Positions 9,581 through 15,677 of a DNA stretch of 35,087 nt are shown piece after piece. The stretch is from Hadesarchaea archaeon. GTDB lineage: Archaea; Hadarchaeota; Hadarchaeia; Hadarchaeales; Hadarchaeaceae. The stretch covers positions 1 to 35,087 of the forward strand of contig JAUXAS010000003.1 of assembly GCA_030619825.1 (NCBI GenBank). Reading direction: 5' to 3'. Under the pieces are notes generated by a model. That model was not told where the DNA came from. It was given only the letters and a program-made list of their open reading frames with translations, and searched no databases. The translations under genes and the position numbers were made by a program. The stretch's first letter is position 1. Every line of letters starts with the position of its first letter.

Positions 9581-10278
9581 GATTAAAAGAGGAACAACGT
9601 GGATTCGTGCTGAGCGGAATTGCATTGCTGCTCGTGCTACCAGCAATGTTGCTCGCGGCTTCTTGCTTTAGAATCATTGAAACGGGCGGGGAAGCTGTCT
9701 CACTTCAAGCAACTGCCGATAAGGTATTTTATACTGGGGATGACATTGAGCGCATAATTAATGAAATGTGGGACGAGAATCTGTTGGCAAACAACGAATC
9801 TAATGTCAACGTCAAGTTCGACGAGCTGGCCGACAATTATCGTGTGATTACAGGGTTGCTCGTGGACCTCACGCCCAGCTGGAAGTTATGGATTCATGTG
9901 GAAAACAATGGGGCAGATCATTATGCGGGGACTAAATACTGTAAGGTCGAACACGTTGCTCCAGAAAACTGGCGCTATTACTTTGAAGACCTAGACGAGG
10001 AAGAGGGCGAGACCCCTGACTGGGACTATGATGAGCCCATCCTGCTGGTTGAAAAGATTGGTAGTAAGCTGCGAATAACTATCGAGGACTACACCAGTCC
10101 CTATTACTCGGATATCTATTATTCGGGCCAGCTGCTGTGGAGTGATGTAGGCGGCACCGGGAAAAATCACGTTGGAGAAAACATTGAGGTGGACGGAGTA
10201 TTGCAACTTGAAGTTTCTGTCTATGTCAGGGATCCGAGGGGCGCCGCGCGATACTCATCAACTGTGGAGCTAGGGTGA
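9577..10278 (+). CDS. Class III signal peptide pilin-like protein, cassette member 7
   Basis: MRLKEEQRG|FVLSGIALLLVLPAMLLA. ATG at 9577 forms an ATGA overlap with the member 6 stop; the ORF-track start at 9559 is less likely. Confidence 0.65.
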   Translation: MRLKEEQRGFVLSGIALLLVLPAMLLAASCFRIIETGGEAVSLQATADKVFYTGDDIERIINEMWDENLLANNESNVNVKFDELADNYRVITGLLVDLTPSWKLWIHVENNGADHYAGTKYCKVEHVAPENWRYYFEDLDEEEGETPDWDYDEPILLVEKIGSKLRITIEDYTSPYYSDIYYSGQLLWSDVGGTGKNHVGENIEVDGVLQLEVSVYVRDPRGAARYSSTVELG

Positions 10279-10306
10279 AGAAGAGGATTGACGCTTCGGT
10301 GAAAAA

Positions 10307-11095
10307 ATGGTGCGCAAGAGTTCTAAAACAACCAATTTCTTCCGCAAGGTCGGTGATGCAGTTCTAGGTGCAGGGAGAATCCCAAGCAAAATAAAACAGA
10401 GGGCGCGGAAGCCTAAGGTAAAACCGCCTAGGAGGCCGAGACTAGAAGTACCCCCGAGGTTAAAGGGTTTCTTCGAGCGGCGTCATGCAGGGTGGCCCGA
10501 GTACGTCATGCTCAAGACACAGCTGACAATCCTCTCACTCTTTGTGGTGGCGGTAATCTACATAGCGCTGTTGCCCGCAAAAATCATCGTCTTCATCCCC
10601 TTGCTCCTTGCGCTGAGCGCATACCTGATCTACTTGGCGGCGACCCAGCTCAAGCGAGCCTTCGAACGAGACTACCCCGCATACCGGAGCTTCGTCGCCA
10701 TGTGTGTGGCCGTCGCTTGGGTTTTCGTGCTGGCACTCCGTCACTCCCCCGTTGAGTTCTCGCTCGAGACTATTCACTTGGCCCTCATCCCCCCGCTAGC
10801 CGCAATAGTTTTCGTTTTCGTGGCATTTACGGCCTTTAGGCTGAAGTACGGCCGAAGCTTCACCCACGGCACGGTCGAGGAAGTTCAAGGCAAGCGGGCG
10901 GTGGTTCGCGTGAGCTACGACATCTGCAGTAATGTCAAGTCCGGACTATATTTGGTGGAGAGCTTCGCCAAGGTCAGGAAGGGGGACCAGGTGAAGTTAA
11001 GCGTGGAGCGACCTATGCTGGGGCTGAGAGGAGCGAAGGTCAGAGCTATATTGGGAAAATCAAAATCTACCACTTTACGCGCCAAAAAACGCTAG
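10307..11095 (+). CDS. Polytopic membrane protein of unknown function with a basic N-terminus and a C-terminal soluble beta domain (NfeD/OB-like by eye)
   Basis: K/R/P-rich N-terminus of about 65 aa, then about 4 hydrophobic helices. The C-terminus reads GTVEEVQGKRAVVRVSYD...GLYLVESFAKVRKGDQVKLSVE. Last gene of the plus-strand pilin cassette. Confidence 0.55.
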   Translation: MVRKSSKTTNFFRKVGDAVLGAGRIPSKIKQRARKPKVKPPRRPRLEVPPRLKGFFERRHAGWPEYVMLKTQLTILSLFVVAVIYIALLPAKIIVFIPLLLALSAYLIYLAATQLKRAFERDYPAYRSFVAMCVAVAWVFVLALRHSPVEFSLETIHLALIPPLAAIVFVFVAFTAFRLKYGRSFTHGTVEEVQGKRAVVRVSYDICSNVKSGLYLVESFAKVRKGDQVKLSVERPMLGLRGAKVRAILGKSKSTTLRAKKR

Positions 11096-11878
11096 GACGA
11101 AACGCCAATACAGATCCCCATAGAAGATCCCGATGGCCACCCCCAGTCCGAGTGCAGGTGCGAATGGTATGCCCTTCTTGAGTTTTATGTAGTTCTTCAG
11201 TTTGCCCTCGCGAACAAGGCGCTTGAGCGCCCCCACCTGGTAGCGCGTGAGACCTGCCGCCCGTCGGGGATTGGTGTAAACACGATTGTAACGGGGCTTT
11301 AGCCCAAATTTTGAACTCCAACGGCTGACCTTACCATCTTTCTCGTAAATGGTTTCGGCAGGGATCATGCCCTCGCGCAACTCCGTGATCTTTGCGCGCT
11401 CGTAAAGTAAGCCGCGTCCCCGAAGGCGACAGTATGCCGTGTAGACCAGCAAAATTGGGAGGATGGCTATAACACTATTGAAGAGAATGGTCAAGGGAAA
11501 CGGGTAGGGGACATTATTAACATGGGGTGAGGTATAAAATGGTAGCAGGGCACCGAGAGCGGTGAAGAGCTTGACATCACCTCCAGCCCAGCCCCCTGTC
11601 AGCCACATCACATAGCCGATCGCGAAAGCTAAAGCTGCCCCAACCGCCCCAAAAATAGTTATCCAGAGGCCCCAACGTGCAAGTTCAGGAGGTAGGCTAA
11701 GCAACCCAAGTTCGGATAAAATTCCCAGGATCACGTAAAAGGCTACACCGACCCCGATGAGTGGAAATGTGAGCCGATTTGGGATGATTCGCTTCCGCAG
11801 GTCAGTGTAGTTGGCAATGAAGATTGCTGCAAGAGCTACGACAGCTGGGAAGAACTCAACCTCGAACGCACAACCACC
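11075..11878 (-). CDS. A24-family prepilin/preflagellin peptidase (EppA/FlaK-like); start codon unresolved
   Basis: Second catalytic motif GWAGGDVKLF (Asp codon 11576-11578) and C-terminal IPFAPALGLG are present. The in-frame extension upstream of the ORF-track start (11734) encodes FFPAVVALAAIFIANYTDLRKRIIPN, carrying the first catalytic Asp (codon 11801-11803). The frame is open up to a TAG at 11879-11881 and contains no ATG, GTG or TTG. Confidence 0.8.
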   Translation of the reverse strand, partial: GGCAFEVEFFPAVVALAAIFIANYTDLRKRIIPNRLTFPLIGVGVAFYVILGILSELGLLSLPPELARWGLWITIFGAVGAALAFAIGYVMWLTGGWAGGDVKLFTALGALLPFYTSPHVNNVPYPFPLTILFNSVIAILPILLVYTAYCRLRGRGLLYERAKITELREGMIPAETIYEKDGKVSRWSSKFGLKPRYNRVYTNPRRAAGLTRYQVGALKRLVREGKLKNYIKLKKGIPFAPALGLGVAIGIFYGDLYWRFVLAFFGA

Positions 11879-11926
11879 CTACCTGACTTTTGCTCGATTA
11901 ATAAGAACTTGGTGTTGAGTCCTTAT

Positions 11927-12112
11927 TTACAAAAGCATTCCGGTTAGGCCGGGGATGATGAAGTTATCCATTACGTTATCGATTTGCCCGCTGACGCTCG
12001 AACCCAAAGTTTGAGAGGTGAGGATAATAGAAGCAACTATGCCAGCTACGAGCGTTAGTACTACGCCAAGCATCAGCAAATATTCGGTTGCGCCTTGAGA
12101 ACGCTCTTCCAT
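11927..12112 (-). CDS. Short (61 aa) Flp-sized pilin with class III signal peptide
   Basis: MEERS|QGATEYLLMLGVVLTLVAGIVASIIL. ATG at 12112 is preceded by GGAGGT. Confidence 0.8.
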   Translation of the reverse strand: MEERSQGATEYLLMLGVVLTLVAGIVASIILTSQTLGSSVSGQIDNVMDNFIIPGLTGMLL

Positions 12113-12131
12113 ACAATCGACCTCCAAAAAC

Positions 12132-12497
12132 TCATGTTATCGCTACCGCTTGATCGTAAAAGTAGATATGATCGCTGTCCGAGTGCTTCAAGCTCACATA
12201 GTACGTTCCGGCGAGATAAGTGCCCAAGCTGACATAGGGGGAATCAAGCACTTCGTTTCCCGCAGTCCAGTCATAACTTCCCTTGGCCGTGCTCACGGAA
12301 TATGCCCACTCACCATCGGGGATGGATCCCACATCAACTTTTATCCGTATCTCATTATCACTCACATCAAAAGTAGCGGATATCGACGGGAAACCTGAAG
12401 GTCTACTCACATAATAGACGGCCGCACCAACAATAATCAATACAGTTGCAAAAATCAACAAATATTCGGTTGCGCCCTGTGCAAACTCCTTTTTCAT
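12132..12497 (-). CDS. Pilin with class III signal peptide and beta-rich globular domain (paralogue B)
   Basis: MKKEFA|QGATEYLLIFATVLIIVGAAVYYV. AGGTG lies upstream. About 60% identical by eye to the product of 12566-12940. Confidence 0.85.
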   Translation of the reverse strand: MKKEFAQGATEYLLIFATVLIIVGAAVYYVSRPSGFPSISATFDVSDNEIRIKVDVGSIPDGEWAYSVSTAKGSYDWTAGNEVLDSPYVSLGTYLAGTYYVSLKHSDSDHIYFYDQAVAIT

Positions 12498-12565
12498 TCT
12501 TACACCTTTTACCTTTTACCCTATCCCGCCTTGGGCAATATCGTTGGCGCGGCTAAAACTCGGGT

Positions 12566-12940
12566 CTAAGATATCGTTATCGTTCGATCGTTGAAGTAGA
12601 AGTGCGCGCTGTCGATGTGTTTGAGGCTCACGTAGTACGTCCCGAATGCATATGTATCTAGGGTAACGTAAGGTGACTTTAACTCCACGTTTCCAGTGGT
12701 CCAGTCATAGGTTCCCTCAGTTGTGCTTACGGAGTACGCCCATTCCCCTGTCGGGATGGACCCAGTTGTCACATTAATCCTGATTTCATTGTCGCCAGAC
12801 TTTGCTTGTGTCGCGGATATTGCTGGGTAGCCTGCACCAGCAGTGGTCACATAATATACTGCTATGGCGACGATAACCAACACTGCAGCTAGCATCAACA
12901 GGTACTCGGTAGCACCCTGACCCTTCTTACACATTCTCAT
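12566..12940 (-). CDS. Pilin with class III signal peptide and beta-rich globular domain (paralogue C)
   Basis: MRMCKKG|QGATEYLLMLAAVLVIVAIAVYYV. GGAGGTGA lies 6 nt upstream of ATG 12940. A TATA-like box on the minus strand (CTTTATAA) sits at 12981-12988. Confidence 0.85.
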   Translation of the reverse strand: MRMCKKGQGATEYLLMLAAVLVIVAIAVYYVTTAGAGYPAISATQAKSGDNEIRINVTTGSIPTGEWAYSVSTTEGTYDWTTGNVELKSPYVTLDTYAFGTYYVSLKHIDSAHFYFNDRTITIS

Positions 12941-13071
12941 TCTTTTTCACCTCCATGAAAAAACCTGTTAAACTATGAAGTTATAAAGGTGCCGCCACAT
13001 TCCTGAGTAAAAGTCGACATTTTTGTAGGCAGACTTAAATCGACACACGATAAATCGATCATGGTGAAGCT

Positions 13072-13626
13072 TTGCAAGTTCTAAGCTGCGTCCAACGCGC
13101 GAAGAGTGTGCGAAAAGCGCTTGAACAGGCTGTGGCCAAACTTAATGAAAGGCTCGAGAAGACACGGGGCTACATAACCAAGATGGATGCAAGCGTCGAT
13201 TCGGGCATAGCGGGAGCAACAGTGCGGATAATCACTGTTGTGGATGAAAGCAACGTCAGACCAAAAAGCGTCCTCTGGGCAAACGAGGCGGGCAGGAATG
13301 AGGAGAGGGCCCTCAGCCGAGCTCGTGAAAAAATAAACGCACAACTCGCAAGGCTCCATGGAGAGATTGTTGGATTTTATTGGAAATTTATCACCCCTCC
13401 CATTCCAAAACGCACTTACGCCACGCTCATTGTCGCGATCAACGAAGAGGTGCCTGAAAAAATGGGAAAACTCAGCTCGGATGAACGTCGAGAACGCTTG
13501 GCAGTGGTGCTTCGCTTGCTCGGCAATACCCCGAAAGCAATCAACCTCGTACAGGTGGCCAAGATTTTCAGCGTCTCGCGTGACACCCTCTACAAGGACC
13601 TCCAAGAACTCGGCATCGAGCGCTAG
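13072..13626 (+). CDS. Uncharacterised protein with C-terminal helix-turn-helix (candidate locus regulator); start uncertain
   Basis: The C-terminus INLVQVAKIFSVSRDTLYKDLQELGI is a typical HTH. The N-terminal ~130 aa are not recognised. The TTG start at 13072 is weak; alternatives are GTG 13108 and ATG 13183. Confidence 0.5.
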   Translation: MQVLSCVQRAKSVRKALEQAVAKLNERLEKTRGYITKMDASVDSGIAGATVRIITVVDESNVRPKSVLWANEAGRNEERALSRAREKINAQLARLHGEIVGFYWKFITPPIPKRTYATLIVAINEEVPEKMGKLSSDERRERLAVVLRLLGNTPKAINLVQVAKIFSVSRDTLYKDLQELGIER

Positions 13627-14564
13627 ACCGGTGTCATCATTCCAACGACGAGCCGAGCCACATAGAAGGCGATCGTCGCAACGACCATGAAGGGCACAGC
13701 GAAGGTGAGACCTTTCAACACTCTGCCGTATCTAATTACCCCGACCGCGAGCGAGCAGATAAGCGCCTGAATCATGATGTATACCATGGCAATCGTGCTC
13801 ATCTCCGGTGGCAGGCCTGCAGCCGCCATCGGGCCAACGCCTATCTGAATCCCGCCCACCGCCACCGTGAGGCCTATTATAAAAGGAGCTGCGAAGAGCG
13901 CTACGACGAACAAGAAAAGAACCTGCTGTGTCGTCGCCACCTGCCGCTCGCGCTGAATCGCGTGCACTTCTCTGGCATCTGTGGAGACGGAGTCGAGCAC
14001 GTTGGCGAGTGCCGCACCGCGCTCTATTCCCTCAACGATTAGGTGAAAGGCCCGCGTGTAGAGGGACGAATTAGACCTCCGCGCTAGTGCCAAGAGGGCG
14101 CTCTCGATTGTCCTCCCCCTGCGGATCTCTCTCACTACCCGATCGAACTCCTGCGAAAGCACACCGTACCCAGATTTCGCGATATCATCCATCGCCGCGT
14201 CTATTCCCACGCCGGCCCGTAGGGTGCTCGCTATTTGGCGGAGAGTATCAGGTAACTCTCTTTCCAGCTCGATAGCCCTACGTTGGGCTAAGTAATAAGG
14301 CACCGCAAGCGTCAGCACTGAAAAGGTGATGAAAGCCGCGAGAAGGGCAAATATGGGTATGGGTAAGGGAATCGGGAGCCGTAGAAACATACCAACGAAA
14401 CCCGTCGTCACGCCCACAATTATCGTTACTAGGAGGGTCACGCCCACGTATTCCTCCGCCGCAAGCACGATTTTCGTCGACTCCAACCTGTGGTCGAGGT
14501 TGTGCAGGAATTTTTCTGGAAACACGCGCTTTGCAAATGTTGCTACTCGCTTAATCAATCCCAT
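13623..14564 (-). CDS. Type IV filament platform protein with a single T2SS-F domain (TadC-like)
   Basis: LPDTLRQIASTLRAGVGIDAAMDDIAKSGYGVLSQEFDRVVREIRRGRTIESAL... is one GspF/T2SSF repeat flanked by TM helices. Confidence 0.85.
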   Translation of the reverse strand: MGLIKRVATFAKRVFPEKFLHNLDHRLESTKIVLAAEEYVGVTLLVTIIVGVTTGFVGMFLRLPIPLPIPIFALLAAFITFSVLTLAVPYYLAQRRAIELERELPDTLRQIASTLRAGVGIDAAMDDIAKSGYGVLSQEFDRVVREIRRGRTIESALLALARRSNSSLYTRAFHLIVEGIERGAALANVLDSVSTDAREVHAIQRERQVATTQQVLFLFVVALFAAPFIIGLTVAVGGIQIGVGPMAAAGLPPEMSTIAMVYIMIQALICSLAVGVIRYGRVLKGLTFAVPFMVVATIAFYVARLVVGMMTPV

Positions 14565-14566
14565 AC

Positions 14567-15670
14567 TTACAACCTCGGCTCGAAGCGTTTGATCATCATC
14601 ACGAAATAAAACAACATGAATGGCAGGATAACCAGAAAGAGAACAGCCGCACTTGTCGGGGTCAATACTGCCCCTCCCATACTGCTCCCCACCGTTATCA
14701 TGACCAAAAGCATAGCTGGGATGACCGCGGAGGCGAACATGTACATCATCGTGAGCATGTTGAGCGACTGGGTGTAGTCACGGAGTTTCATGCGCATCTC
14801 GAAGGCCGTTTCGTCTGCCAACATCTTGAGAATATTCGCGAGATCGCCGCCCGTCCGTAGGGTACGCTGGACTTGACGAATTGCACGGCGGAGCGGCTCG
14901 GAGTCCACCCTTCGGTCCATCGTTGCCAGTGCCTCCTCCGTGCTCATGCCCGTGTGCATGTCACGAATGACCCTACCGAACTCCTCCGAGAGGACGCCGT
15001 AATCCGCCTTGCTGATCGAGGTCATCGTTTCGGGGAGGCCTATGCCCGCGGAGAGATGCGTCGCCATATGTCTTAGGGCATATGGGATCATGCGATTTAC
15101 CTCAACTACGCGCGCCTTGGCCATGCGCCCCGGCCGGGTCTTCCCGAACACCAGCGCGAGCATGGACGCTAACACCCCGCCCACCAGAGCAAAGAGGACA
15201 GGTAAAAACAGAATCATCAGGATGAATGCAGAGAACCCCACAATAATGCTCGTCCCGATCATGAGCGCCGCATAACGTTCAGGGGGAATCCTGAGGTTGG
15301 CCTTGTAGAGGTCCACATCCAGCCCTTTGAAGAATTTAGCCAATCGCTGTGCCGGGCGCTTGAGGGGGTTATACAATACATCGGAGAGGCGCTCTGACAG
15401 CGGCCTCTTTAGTTCCGCGCGCTCTTCCCAGATTTTCTCCCCCCTAAGCTTGCGCTTTTCAGCGCGCTCCTCCTCACGCAAACTCTCGAGCTGCTTGAGC
15501 TCACGCAGCCTCCGCGTGACCTCATCGACCTTCTCCCCTCTCGGACCTTTTGTAACTCTGGCAACTTGGCCCACGCGATGCGTTGCTCCTCCGATTTTTA
15601 TCACGCCGCCGCCAACAGCGGAGAAAAATCTTTTTGCTAAACCCGACTTTTTAGTTTGTTTCTTTGGCAT
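14567..15670 (-). CDS. Type IV filament platform protein with a single T2SS-F domain (TadB-like) and a long charged N-terminal extension
   Basis: IPYALRHMATHLSAGIGLPETMTSISKADYGVLSEEFGRVIRDMHTGMSTEEAL... is one T2SSF repeat. ATG 15670 was preferred over the ORF-track GTG at 15694. The stop TAA (14567-14569) is followed 2 nt later by the ATG of the next platform gene, in a different frame. Confidence 0.8.
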   Translation of the reverse strand: MPKKQTKKSGLAKRFFSAVGGGVIKIGGATHRVGQVARVTKGPRGEKVDEVTRRLRELKQLESLREEERAEKRKLRGEKIWEERAELKRPLSERLSDVLYNPLKRPAQRLAKFFKGLDVDLYKANLRIPPERYAALMIGTSIIVGFSAFILMILFLPVLFALVGGVLASMLALVFGKTRPGRMAKARVVEVNRMIPYALRHMATHLSAGIGLPETMTSISKADYGVLSEEFGRVIRDMHTGMSTEEALATMDRRVDSEPLRRAIRQVQRTLRTGGDLANILKMLADETAFEMRMKLRDYTQSLNMLTMMYMFASAVIPAMLLVMITVGSSMGGAVLTPTSAAVLFLVILPFMLFYFVMMIKRFEPRL

Positions 15671-15677
15671 GGGACCA

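Noticed and set aside
11879-11929. The short pilin (11927-12112) and the peptidase are in the same reading frame, which raised the idea of stop-codon read-through supplying the missing peptidase start
   Set aside because: Two in-frame stops (TAA 11927-11929 and TAG 11879-11881) separate them, and the 15 intervening codons encode a non-conserved hydrophilic peptide. The shared frame is most likely coincidence.
12504-12520. ACCTTTT ACCTTTT ACC tandem heptamer between the two long pilin genes
   Set aside because: On the coding (minus) strand it reads GGTAAAAGGTAAAAGGTG. This is most simply a reiterated Shine-Dalgarno-like sequence for the downstream pilin. It is too short to call a repeat element.
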